A stretch of DNA of 64,000 bases from Octopus sinensis (taxonomy: Eukaryota): the NCBI RefSeq assembly GCF_006345805.1, contig NC_042997.1, forward strand, positions 69,812,001-69,876,000, in the 5' to 3' direction. The notes beneath the pieces are model-generated. The model did not search any database. It was not told the DNA's origin and saw only the letters and a list, made by a program, of their open reading frames with translations. Of the stretch, positions 1 through 11,936 are shown piece after piece (position 1 is the first letter of the stretch; every line of letters starts with the position of its first letter). Made by a program: the position numbers and the translations under genes.

Positions 1-404
1 AGAAGTGGAAAACTAGATGGGAATACAAGCATGAAGTGCACCAGCTGATAAATGAGCTAAACTAGGACGGGAAGCGAGAGGAAATAAAGGAGAAGTTAGT
101 CAGAGTCTTATAGAAAACAAGTGGTATTGCAGAAGTGGTGTTGATACTTGATACAAACGGAGGTGGTGCTGTAAGTTTGTAAGAATGGTAACAGTAAATT
201 TCAAGATGGAGTAAAATGGTTACGGGGATTGTGATTATTCGTGTTTGCGATGGTCATCGTATTAGGAGTGGTAGAATGAATGGGAGGAAATTGAAAGATT
301 GACCTGAGTCAAGTAGAAATACACAAACATGAACAGCAACTCACAAAGACATACACTCTTATATACATGCTCAAATCCCACCCACTCATGAAGACAGACA
401 GACA

Positions 405-468
<64 letters not shown>

Positions 469-1207
469 CACACAGTTATAGATATACATGTATGTGTGTG
501 CATGTATGTATATGTAGGGAGAGAGGAAAAGCTAGAAGAGAGTGAGAGAAAAAGTATTCAAAATTTATAATTGTTAATGAAGGAGAAAGGGAGAACTCAA
601 TATCTGGTGCAGACTATTTATTTCAAGTTAATACTTTTCCTTGTGATTGAAGTTTCACGTCAATGCGATCTTCGGATAACATCGTTATTTTTATCTGATT
701 TTATTTAAGCCTAATTGTTCTGTGTGTTACTAATTTTATTTTTTCTGTGTGATACTTACTTTTCTATGGACAAGTTCCTAAACTTTATTGTTATAGAACT
801 CTGTTTATTATTGAATTATTTTGGCCTTGCCGTTATCATGTCCTATTTTATTAAAGTTGCTAGTCTGGTAACATCTGTATAGAGTTGTATGAAATTTTAA
901 AATGAATTGTCTTACTCATGATATGAGGTAGAAATATTCAGTTCATAGTATGGATGTTGCTCTGTGAAACTACAGCGAAAATTCGTACAAAATTGGATGA
1001 AGAAGATATGGAAACATCTAAGTTTCCATCGAATTATGTCTGATATGTGAAGCTTAACGGTTGTGTTTCTTGTATTGAATATTAACTTTTGGTGGAGTAA
1101 TTGTGAAACACCATATTTTGTAATTATATAAATATTTATCCTTATGTTAACTATTGATTGCTTCTGCTTTTAGCGCGCAACACATGTTCAAACCTGCGTC
1201 TCACCTC

Positions 1208-1238
<31 letters not shown>

Positions 1239-1335
1239 CTCTGCATATATGTGTGCGTGCGTGTGTGTGTGTATGTATGTATGTGTGTGTGTGTCTGTGT
1301 GTGTGTAGGAAAAAAGAGATGACACCGGAAAATAC

Positions 1336-1606
1336 AAAGGTTATGTAATGAACTTGATTAGCTTACAGCTGTTTCTGCTATAAGATGTGGGGGACGCCTG
1401 GTTGAGTCCCTGAGTAACCTCCTGTAGCTTAATCAGATAGGCATCAACATCATCCCACTCCTAACGCCTGTACGTTCTGAAAATGTAAATTTCTCAAATA
1501 AAGTGCACTTCATATTCAAGGCTTTGATGAAGCTATAAGATGTTACCAAGGGACTCAACTACATGTTATAGCAGAAAAAGCAAATGAACTTCATTACATA
1601 ACCTTT
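1336..1606. mobile_element. Palindromic PLE pLTR remnant with two outward-facing HHR-like arms (P1)
   Basis: Arm 1336-1436 is the reverse complement of arm ~1524-1606 (AAAGGTTATGTAATGAACTTGATTAGC vs GCAAATGAACTTCATTACATAACCTTT; shared GGGACTCAAC loop). Left arm (-): CTGATTA-A-GCTA..TAGC-A-GAAAC-AGCT-GTA. Right arm (+): TTGATGA-A-GCTATAA..TTATAGC-A-GAAA with stem III deleted. Confidence 0.7.
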
Positions 1607-1961
1607 AGTTTTTCTGGTATCCTCCCTTGGCTCCTATTACTACTCTATACTAATCTAACAGTGTGCTCTGGGCACCAGGTTATTAGTTTCACTATGCCTA
1701 AGCGAATAATAATTTATATACGTGTATATATATATATATATATCTATATATATATATATATATATATAATACAAATAAGAAAATGGAGAAACAATTTAGT
1801 TGGTTCATCAACTTTCGGATATTGGAATGTTGAATTATTTATTCATTTAACAAAAATGAGAAGCTTAATAGCATACATATATACATTATAATTTAATACA
1901 TATAAGATAAGAATACAATTATAAAAATCATAATATAAATTATTGAAATCATTAAAATCAC

Positions 1962-2090
1962 TCCTTACAGCTGTTTCACCATATGGATAAAAGTAGTTTA
2001 ATTTTTCAGTGCCTATAGTTGTCAATTATATTGAGGTTGTGGGCGTTTAAAAATAGGGTACTTATATATAAGCATAGGCCTCGTCATAGA
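1962..2090 (-). ncRNA. Degenerate hammerhead-like motif
   Basis: Minus strand ATGACGA-GGCCTATG...CCATATGGT-GAAAC-AGCT-GTA-AGG. The 3' half is intact; the 5' core and stem II are decayed. Confidence 0.4.
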
Positions 2091-2274
2091 TTATGAAGAA
2101 CCTTAAAAATATTAATACATGAAACAGGATACACGTATAATTTAATATATATAGAAAATATGAATAAATATCCATATAGACATGTTGGTGTATATATATG
2201 TTAATAAAAATAATTATACACACACACACACAGACACACACACACACACACATACGCACACACAAATACATATA

Positions 2275-2326
<52 letters not shown>

Positions 2327-2830
2327 ATGTGTGTGCTTGTGGTAATTATATATATATATGTGTGCTTATAGGTAATTACGATAGTCACTTAAAATAGGTT
2401 TTACAATGACTCGCACAAATAAAGTCAATTTTCATCATTTGTATTTAAAATGTTACTCTTCGGTTGATTCTTATGTTCCAAACAGATTTATGCCTAGACC
2501 AGTGAGAATGACAGTCGTATATTACTAGTGCCTGAAGATTCTTGTTTCTTTTTACATCACTCTGTTAGAGGTATAGCTTCTTTATATCGTGTTTCGTAGG
2601 TTCCTTCTTCCTGCTTATTCTTTCGCTGTGTTTGACATATCTTGTTGCTCCAAATTACTCATAATCTATACGAACATTTGCTGAACATTTTTGATGAAAA
2701 ATAAGTCACTTAGACTAATTGTGACATATTCTGTAGATTACGAATTTGTCTCGTTACCAAGTGTGTATGATTATGTATGCATAATGTATGTATGTATACA
2801 CACATGCACAGACACACACACACATACACA

Positions 2831-3040
2831 TATGTATACATTGGTGAGACAGGGAATGCCTTATCTGCTCACAGTCAACAAATCCGGAATACCAATGTTC
2901 GCCATATTCCATTGAGCGAACTTACAGAAACATGTAGTCAGAAAAGTGAAGCTGGAAGAAAGATAATAGAAAAACGTTTCAGTAAAATGTTTAAGCCTGT
3001 TCTGAACGGAAAGAATGACTATAATACAACAACCAGTTAA
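2831..3040 (+). mobile_element. Penelope-like GIY-YIG endonuclease C-terminal remnant
   Basis: Reads YVYIGETGNALSAHSQQIRNTNVRHIPLSE...RKIIEKRFSKMFKPVLN*, matching the YIGxT..R..H..(E)..I..KP.LN layout of PLE endonucleases, with internal deletions. Confidence 0.65.
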
Positions 3041-3089
3041 TGATGTAGATTAAAAATTAACTTTAACACATGAATATAAACAACTTACA

Positions 3090-3320
3090 GAAGATTCCAA
3101 ACGACTGAAATAAAAACGATCGAAACCAATTAAGTTTGCTCACTCATAAAACCAATACATGTAAAGCGCAAGCTAATAGGCTAAAATAAAGGCGGGATCT
3201 ATGCCAGTAATATCGGTGCGCCCGGAAACCGTGACGTTTAAGCTGATTGGTCAAAACCGTATTCGAAAAATACAGCTTATCGGAGCCTTCTAAAAGGCAT
3301 AAAAAAGAAGAAGTAAGTCA
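3090..3320 (+). promoter_or_regulatory. Probable PLE pLTR: decayed HHR followed by promoter-like motif cluster and a splice donor
   Basis: Directly after the EN stop: CAGAAGA...ATC-GAAACCAATTAAG (HHR relic). Then GGCGGGA (3191), CCGGAA (3222), GTGACGT (3231), CTGATTGG (3243) and GTAAGT (3313). Confidence 0.4.
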
Positions 3321-3571
3321 TTTTACTACACTTGCCAAGCACTCACCTCAATTGAAATCGGAGGATTACTCCGAACGTATGAAAACGCTAATTGAACTTT
3401 ATGGATATTACTAAATATTTTTTTAATGTTTAACACACTTCAACATTGTTAAAATAATGTTTTTAAAATACAATAACAAAAAACGTGAAATCCAGACCAT
3501 GTTGTAACTTTATTCAACTGATATATTATTCTAAACACATTTACACAAATTCAGAATATATATGTATGTGT

Positions 3572-3613
<42 letters not shown>

Positions 3614-3754
3614 TAAAGAAGAACCACCTTTTATCAATTCCACAATGAAATAACAATGATATAATTAAATTATACCATATAGAAAAAATTAGATATACAA
3701 TAAAAACATATACTAAGTATAAAATAATAAATAGAAAGTATATAATTGGTAAAA

Positions 3755-3837
3755 GGATTACACGTGTTTCGTGGCTATATTTTCAAACTGATAACAGTAA
3801 AATCAATTCAATTTAAATATAGTCACTCTTCAGGTCC
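3755..3837 (-). ncRNA. Minimal type I hammerhead ribozyme (copy 1)
   Basis: GGAC-CTGAAGA-GTGACTATATTT...AAATATAGCCAC-GAAAC-ACGT-GTA^ATCC. Core intact, stem II 11/12 bp, palindromic ACGT loop III. Stem I is short with a C.A mismatch next to the core. Predicted cut between 3759 and 3758. Confidence 0.8.
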
Positions 3838-3965
3838 AAGATAAAAACAATAAAATGATAAAATAATAAATATACGTATATAATCTTGTAAGAAAATATT
3901 AATAAATATAAAAATACGTAATTTTACAAAATACGATTATATATATATATATATTATATATATAT

Positions 3966-3999
<34 letters not shown>

Positions 4000-4145
4000 C
4001 ATATTAAAGAAGAACCACCTTTTATCAATTCCACAATGAAATAACAATGATATAATTAAATTATACCATATAGAAAAAATTAGATATACAATAAAAACAT
4101 ATACTAAGTATAAAATAATAAATAGAAAGTATATAATTGGTAAAA

Positions 4146-4228
4146 GGATTACACGTGTTTCGTGGCTATATTTTCAAACTGATAACAGTAAAATCAATTC
4201 AATTTAAATATAGTCACTCTTCAGGTCC
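4146..4228 (-). ncRNA. Minimal type I hammerhead ribozyme (copy 2)
   Basis: Identical to the copy at 3755-3837. Predicted cut between 4150 and 4149. Confidence 0.8.
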
Positions 4229-4326
4229 AAGATAAAAACAATAAAATGATAAAATAATAAATATACGTATATAATCTTGTAAGAAAATATTAATAAATAT
4301 AAAAATACGTAATTTTACAAAATACG

Positions 4327-4396
<70 letters not shown>

Positions 4397-4479
4397 ATGG
4401 GGGTTTAGTTCGCAGGTGATCTAATCGATTAGGTACGCCTAGGTAAGTGCTGATTTCCGAAGCAGCGGATTTATAATTG

Positions 4480-5066
4480 TTAAACTGGACAGCAAACATT
4501 AAGGCAAAGCAAACATCTCAAGTCATATAGAATATTATTATAGGAAGAAATTCGAAATCTTACAGCTGTTTATGGGATATACCCGAGTATGAGATATTCC
4601 GTCATCAAAGACAAATAGGGGAGAAAAATATGGAAAATGAGAATGGTATATATTAATAAGTTGACAACATAGAGGAGGGTATAAAAGAATAAGGAGATGG
4701 AAAGAAGGGAGAAAAAAGAAGCATAAAAGTTCATAGTTCAACTTGCCGAAGTTATAAAAATCAGAGTAAGTCCTTAGGTGCAATCCGGCATACACCCATG
4801 GATACCCACATGGATACCCACATGGATACACGCAGGATTGCGCCTAAGGACTTACGCTCATCGATCAACAGAGGATTGCACCTAAGGACTCATGCTCTGG
4901 TTTCTATAACTTCGGCAAGTTGTACTATGAACTATGATGGAATATCCCATACCTGGGAATATCCCAGAAACAGCTGTAAGATTTCGAATTTCTTCCTATA
5001 ATAATATTGTAGGAATAACAATAATAATATTGTTTGCCTTGCCTTAATGTTTTCTGTCTTGTTTAA
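4480..5066. mobile_element. Palindromic PLE pLTR remnant with two outward-facing HHR-like arms (P2)
   Basis: Arms ~4480-4786 and ~4873-5066 are reverse complements, and the left arm has a ~125-bp purine-rich insert. The ORF track shows the same peptide end (SCKISNFFL) on both strands. Left (-): TTGATGA-C-GGAATAT..ATATCCC-A-TAAAC-AGCT-GTA. Right (+): ATGATG-GAATATCCCA-TACC-TGGGAATATCCC-A-GAAAC-AGCT-GTA. The centre holds (ATACCCACATGG)x~3. Confidence 0.8.
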
Positions 5067-5261
5067 TGATTTTCTGTATATATATATATATATATACACA
5101 TACACAGAGAGGAAGAGAGATATTTATATATAGGTAGATGGATAAGTTGAATTTCTCTCTAAATGTATACTTTATGCACACACCCCTTAAAAGGTTTATA
5201 CCAAATTTATCCATAAAACAATACTCAGTTTGCTGGAATGTTCCGTATACTTAACATCTAA

Positions 5262-5360
5262 TAATATAATCTCTGATGAGATCCTGCTTTATAAAATGAT
5301 TTAATTATCACAATTACAACCTTTAAAGTACGAATCGAAACAGCTGTAAGAGATTATGTT
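5262..5360 (+). ncRNA. Type I hammerhead ribozyme, intact core
   Basis: AATATAA-TCT-CTGATGA-GAT...ATC-GAAAC-AGCT-GTA^AGA-GA-TTATGTT. Stem I is 3 bp + 2-nt bulge + 7 bp. Stem II is extended by GCTTTA/TAAAGT and TGAT/ATCA. Predicted cut after 5348. Confidence 0.75.
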
Positions 5361-5438
5361 AATGTTTGCAGTTAATAAATATACTTATTAATTGATTTAT
5401 CTCCTTTTTCTTATTTTTCTTAGGTAGATTGATAGATA

Positions 5439-5566
5439 GGCGCAAATGTGTCTATATGGTAAGTTCTACTGCGTCCCACCTTGGGAAGGTGTCCTCTACA
5501 GGAGACTCGGACTGACCAAAGCCTTGCGAGTGGATTTGGCAGACAGAAACTGAAATAAACCCGTCA
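5439..5566 (+). mobile_element. SINE (octopus-type, 5' half), representative copy
   Basis: Contains CCAAAGCCTTGCGAGTGGATTTGGCAGACAGAAACTGAAATAAACCCGTC followed by (TA)n(TG)n. The same motif recurs at ~6620(-), 11155, 27600, 38580(-), 44870, 57660(-) and 62690(-). Confidence 0.8.
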
Positions 5567-5567
5567 A

Positions 5568-5653
<86 letters not shown>

Positions 5654-6499
5654 TAAATGAAAATGCATTGTAAATAAACAATGGCAGATAAAAAACGTAT
5701 GCGTATATTGAGGGTAAAACCGGATAGGAGACAGACTCAGAGGGTCCCCAATTCTCCAGCAGTTATCAACCAAATTGTAATACCTAGTTTCGCACCACTA
5801 TTGATAAAACTGAGAACTTCCCATATCGGTAGTGCCTGCGAAGTTGAGTTTCAAGCGAACATGGAGTGGGCGTGCGAAATTTAAAAGAATGTAATTTAAG
5901 ACGATGGACAAAGACGAAATAAATAGGAAACTAGTAAAGTACGGTTTTAGGGCCAATAAGACAAGAATGTGTGTAACGCTTAGAAGAAACCCTAAAGGAT
6001 ATGAAAATAGCAAGATTGAGAAATTTTTGCGATCGAATGTCTGGGCAGCCGATGTGAAAAAGAGAGAGAAAGAAGGAAAGCTGACCACGTATCACGTGTC
6101 AGCCTCAGGTAGAGGAGAAAGGAAAGAGATCGACAGGATGAAAATAAGGGGAGAAATGAAGGGAAAGGCGAAGGAGAAAGGCTACAAATACAAGTGAGAG
6201 GGCGTGAGAAAGAAAATAGGGTAAAGTGGACAGGCTAGAAATAGAAGTAAAAAAGCAAGAAAGAAAGGGAGAAAGAGTGAAGGCGGAGTAGAGTCACACA
6301 GAATATATATAAACTTACTGTTAAAAACGTCGGGTTTACGAGCGTACCGTTACTTAAACAACGACAGATAAAAAAATGTATATATATATTGAGGGCACAA
6401 CCGCACGAATGACACAAAGGGTCACTACGTACATACATATATAGATACATATACACATGTAAGTATGTATATATATATATATATATATAATCTTTAACT

Positions 6500-6935
6500 T
6501 TTTTTTACTCTCTTACAAGTTTCAGTCATATGACTACGGCCATAAAAAAGTCGACCCCAGGACATAATGGGGGGATAATCGCAGACACAAAAACACACAC
6601 ACATAAATATATATAGACGGGCTTCTTTCAGTTTCCGCCTACCAAATCCGCTCAGAAGACTTTGGTCGGTCTAAGGCTATAGTAAAAGACACTTTCCCAA
6701 GGTGCTACGCTGTGGGACTGAATCTGAAACCATGTGGCTGGGAAGCTAACTTGTGTCTTTGTGCGCCCCACCGCCGCTTGATAACCGGTGTTAGTTTGTT
6801 TATGTTCCTGTCATCTGGTGGTTCGGCAAAAGACACCAGGCTTAAAACAGAATAAGTACTGGGATCTCTTCATTCGATTAAAACTTCTTCAAGGTGATGC
6901 CCCAGCATGGCCGCAGTCTGAAACAAAACAATTGC
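6500..6935. mobile_element. SINE fragments in opposite orientations
   Basis: 6500-6760 is a minus-strand copy (GACGGGCTTCTTTCAGTTTCCG...). 6770-6935 is a plus-strand 3' half ending CCAGCATGGCCGCAGTC. Confidence 0.7.
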
Positions 6936-7485
6936 ATACATATATAATTACATACATGCACACACACATTGTATATGTGCCTGTGCTTTTGCTCACACCC
7001 ACATATACATAAGTGTGCATGCGTACTACAGACATACATTGTTATATTTATCTATCTCTCTGTACACTGACATGCGCTCAGATTTATGCTTCTATTCATA
7101 CCGCATATCTGTACGCGATGCGCCTATACATATACGCACCCACTCTTATTCATGTTTGCCTGTACGCATGTACGCAAGCATATTATGTGCTCACACACAC
7201 GCACGTCCGCACTAATGGCAGCATACACACTCATCTTTATATGTGTGTGACTGTATGGATATATTTATTGATATAGTCCGAGTTCGTAATATGACATTTA
7301 AATAAAGAAATGAATAAATTCTACGTTATATGCGTCTCAACAATTTTCGAAATGGATGAGAATATTCATGCGTGTTTATTTTGTGGCGTCACTCGGATAA
7401 TTTGCCTACAGCATAACATAACACTTAATTTCACATAAAGTATGTTTATAATATTATATTTAGCATATATACACACTCAGAGATG

Positions 7486-7591
<106 letters not shown>

Positions 7592-7882
7592 AGATAGATA
7601 TATATATATATGCATATGTATGTATATATATATACATATATATGTATACATATATATAATGCATTTATATATACGTATATATGTACATATACGTATATGT
7701 ATATATAATGTGTATGTATATGTATATATGTTCATGTACACACACACACACATATATATATTTATGGGTGTAGATGTATATATCTGTGCATGCAGCATAC
7801 ATACCTGTGTATATACACATATATATACATGTATAAGTGTGTGTATGTGTGTATATACATAGATACATGTATGCATAATATG

Positions 7883-7928
<46 letters not shown>

Positions 7929-8831
7929 TATGGGTGTATATATAGAAGGGTGGGGGTCATCAATGGATGTATGAATAAGCATATACAATATGACTTGCTT
8001 AATTATTTTCTCCTTTTTTTTGTGTTAAATCTAATTTCATAATAGATGTGCTGCCTTCTCTCTCTTCTTTTTCCTAAAAATCTCATAATTTCTTCCGGCT
8101 TTTTTATTCGTGATATTTTATGATTTTTATTAATAATATTGATATTTTTTTCTGTCATTATTATAGCCTTCAGCTCTGCAAAAGAAAATACATTTATGGC
8201 CGTTTAATCATTTAATTATCTTCATAATTACACTTAATTTCTTTTCATTATCATGAACTGTTTATACTAATTAAGGTCACTGATATCAGGCTGCGTCTTG
8301 CAACGCACCTCCCAAACTCAGTATTTTTAGGTCTCTTCCCCTCACGAAGCGTCGAAAAAGCAAGTAGTATAGTTTTCTTTTTACTATTTAAAAGTGCAGT
8401 AGTTATTAAAGGGTTTTCTCCGTTGCTTCCCATGTAGATAAATGGTCAGTAAATACTCTTATACTGGATACAATACTCTTATACAGGATATGATGATGCA
8501 ACTATTTTCCAAATGCTAATTTAATGTAGTTATTAAGAGAATCAGTAGCCCACACAACCAAGGAAGAGGTCAATGTTTTGTATTCTTTCAGCGGAAGAGC
8601 ATCGTGTTCTTTTGCTCTCAGTATCTGAGTTCTAATAGATAGAGGAATCCGAGAAAACTAGTCAGTTTCTTCAAATGTGATACAAAGAATTCAAACAATA
8701 TTGAAAGAGGGAAGACAAACGTTTACTCAAATATGTATGTTGCTTTCATATATATGTATAATTTTTTTTTTCAGAATGAGATAAAAGAAACCCAAGGCTG
8801 TGAATATTTTAGAACATTTATAAATAGAAGG

Positions 8832-8877
8832 TCTTACAGCTGTTTCCAGGATTTTTATTATATCTGTTCATCGGAGA
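8832..8877 (-). ncRNA. Compact hammerhead-like motif with U4C and an extra A
   Basis: TCT-CCGATGA-A-CAGAT...ATCCTG-GAAAC-AGCT-GTA^AGA. Confidence 0.55.
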
Positions 8878-9257
8878 AGGTGAGGTAAAAATGGTTAAGC
8901 AATAGTTAATTTAGATAAGTCACGAAACAGAGAGCGAAGTGGACGAATGAAAATAAATGTGAGATAGGCAGGGATATTGCATTTGTAGATACATTATTTA
9001 GGCAGAATCGTATACATATAAGATTCCAATACCTTGTGAGTAAATTCCAATAGTACGTCGGACTCCTTATTTGCATAATCACCGAACCTGGAGCTTAACT
9101 ATGGTCTATCCATAGCACTTATTCAGCATTACCTGACACCTTTAGGTCTTATTGACACCATTCCCTCTCAAAACATCTCTCTCTCTGTTCCTCTCTCTCT
9201 CCCACTCTCTGTGTGTCTGTGTGTCTGTGTGTCTGTGTGTCTGTGTGTCTGTCTGTG

Positions 9258-9352
<95 letters not shown>

Positions 9353-9791
9353 TGTGTGTGTGTGTGTGTATAAATACAGTGTACATTTAAACACATAAGA
9401 GTCATCTATCATAGGACTCCTTGCACGCTAGCCAGAGCAGTAAAATTCAAAACCACTATTAGTGATAAAATCTCGAAGAGAATGAAAAATAAAAGCATTT
9501 ACCATCTAACCCCTAAACTTTTACACGGTAGGCCAGTGGTAACGGAAATTTCTAATATTTCTGATTACCCTTTGATATTATTAACTATATGTATATATAT
9601 ATATAAAGTCAGGGTATAATGTGTACCAGTTTGCTCGAAAGAAAAGTAAAACTCTCCAAAACCACGTATCCCTCATTTTATGTAAACACGCACAAAGAGT
9701 GTTGCTGGCCACTTTATCATTATTTTTTTAAAGATAATGATAACTCATTTGATTGTTTTGTATGTATGTGTATATATATATATATAATATA

Positions 9792-9842
<51 letters not shown>

Positions 9843-9879
9843 TGTGTATGTGTGCATATGTTTGTGCCTCTGTGTCTGT

Positions 9880-10065
9880 CCCCCGAACATCGCTTGACAA
9901 CCAATGCTGGTGTGTTTACGTCTCCGTAACTTAACGGTTCGGCAAAAATGGTCGATTGAATAAGTACTAGGCTTACAAAGAATAAGTCCTGGGGTCCATT
10001 TAATCGACTAAAACCGTTGTTCAATCATGTCCTCAGACAAATGACTGAAACAAGTAAAAGAAAAA
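9880..10065 (+). mobile_element. SINE 3' half
   Basis: TTGACAACCAATGCTGGTGTGTTTACGTCTCCGTAACTTAACGGTTCGGC...AAGAATAAGTCCTGGGGTC...TGACTGAAACAAGTAAAAGA. Also at 11270-11415, 36815-36925, 49025-49170(-) and 57370-57540(-). Confidence 0.8.
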
Positions 10066-10120
10066 GAATAAATAGAATATATATATATGCATTTGTATAC
10101 AAATATATACATATATACAT

Positions 10121-10157
<37 letters not shown>

Positions 10158-10224
10158 CATATATGCACACAGCAGACACACCTGTATATATCTTGATAAA
10201 AGGTTTGTTCTCTTTCGACATATT

Positions 10225-10268
<44 letters not shown>

Positions 10269-10320
10269 CACACATTTATATATTCATATATGTATGTAGG
10301 TATGTATGAATGTATGTATG

Positions 10321-10354
<34 letters not shown>

Positions 10355-10367
10355 TGTATGTATGTAT

Positions 10368-11035
10368 GTCAGGTCGCTTTCGAGTGCTACTGGTAACATG
10401 TAACCCAGTACAACCTGTTGCATGGTCGGGCCGTCGGCGACTATACCGGCAACCCCACCAAGCTTGCTTGGTGATGAGGGTGTTTATTGGACACCCTGCG
10501 AGATGAAAAACAAAACCCGTCAAAGGGCGGAGGAACTCTTGAGAGTGAACGGTCATCCGATAAATGTGTATTTTTTTTCTTAAGGCTTAAAGCTGTGTCA
10601 TGCGCGGGGACATAGAAATAATCGGACTGAATACCCGATCGCGCGGTTAAACCATTGGGAGTGAAGGACTCCTAGCCTTTGTTAGGGCATCCTTCTAGGA
10701 GAAGGTAACTCAGGTAACTGGGATAACTCCGACATAAAACCTGCGGCTCAGTGGTTACCGATGATGTTGACTTGTTCTCCTTTTCGGATTATGGCTGCTG
10801 TTGCTTAGAAAGTGGGATCGACTCAGTGCACAGCCTTTCCTCACTTAAAAAAAATCTTCTTGCACATGCATTGCACGATAACGACATTGTTCATGATTGT
10901 TGATGGTACTGTGAGTCCCAAGTGAATGGCTGACTATAGCCTTAAAAAGCAAATAAAAGTCACATTCGATCATAGCACCAATAAGAGTTAAGCTTCGTGC
11001 AATGGCCATACTCGATAACGAGGCGGCAGCCATTA
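10368..11035 (+). mobile_element. Probable RTE-clade 5' UTR remnant
   Basis: GC-richer structured block between (TATG)n arrays. GGGCATCCTTCTAGGAGAAGGTAACTC resembles RTE 5' UTRs (from recall only). Confidence 0.4.
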
Positions 11036-11203
11036 TGTATGTATGTATGTATAGCTGTGTGGTAAGAAGCTTGCTTCCCAACCACGTGGTTTAGAGTTCA
11101 GTTCCACTGCGAGGCACCTTGTGCAAGTGCCTTCTACTATAGACTCGGGTCGACCAAAGCCCTATGAGTAGATTTGGATGGCGGAAACTGAAAGAAGCCC
11201 GTT

Positions 11204-11235
<32 letters not shown>

Positions 11236-11524
11236 CGTGTGTGTGTGTGTGTGTGTGCGTTTGTTACCCCATCATCGTTTGTCAACCGGCATTGAACTCT
11301 TTCCTTCCCCGTAACATAGTGGTTCGGCATAAGAGATCGACAGAAAAAAGTTATTGGGGTCGATATTTTTTTAAGCCTGCTACTTATTCTGTCGATCTCT
11401 TTTGCCGAACCGAAGCACGTATGTATGTATGTATGTATGTATGTATGTATGTATGTATGTAGTATGTATGTATGTATGTATGTATGTATGTATGTATGTA
11501 TGTATGTATGTATGTGTATTAAGA

Positions 11525-11880
11525 TGAACACAAAGTGCCATGGAAAGGAGAATGCTGAACATTAACAAAATGGATAAGTGGAAAAGCAGCGGGATTAATT
11601 TGGCAGCAGGTTTAACGGATTTTATTTGGATGGAAAATATGAACATTGAAATGGTCTTTTGCGAGACATGTGCTTCAACGAAAGGAAAATAGATGGAATG
11701 GCAAATCAAAAGAGTGGACACCATGTCCGAAAAAAAAGGTGGGGTAGACCATGCAGAATTTGGAATAAAAACTTTGTTAAATTCTTTAGCACCCAAACAT
11801 GGATGAGGAAACATCAGACCTTAATTAGTGGAGAGAACATGCTGTGACCACCTTCGTCCAGCAGTGGACTGAACATGTGC
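11525..11880 (+). mobile_element. RTE-clade LINE 3' end (decayed)
   Basis: Frameshifted translation TQSAMERRML...KRWGRPCRIW...TTFVQQW matches the RTE C-terminus (TQRAMER.ML...WAGH...RGRP..W...QQW). Confidence 0.7.
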
Positions 11881-11936
11881 AAGGAAGATGTCTGTACGTG
11901 CGTATGTATATGTGTACAATGTGCAACACCTCAGGC

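Larger units (their letters stand above)
3609..4328. repeat. Direct tandem duplication, 391-bp period, units separated and flanked by (TA)n
   Basis: 3609-3937 and 4000-4328 appear identical base for base. Each unit holds one HHR on the minus strand. Confidence 0.95.

Noticed and set aside
640-680. HHR-like CCGAAGA...GAAACTTCAATC on the minus strand
   Set aside because: Several mismatches in the core, stem I and stem III.
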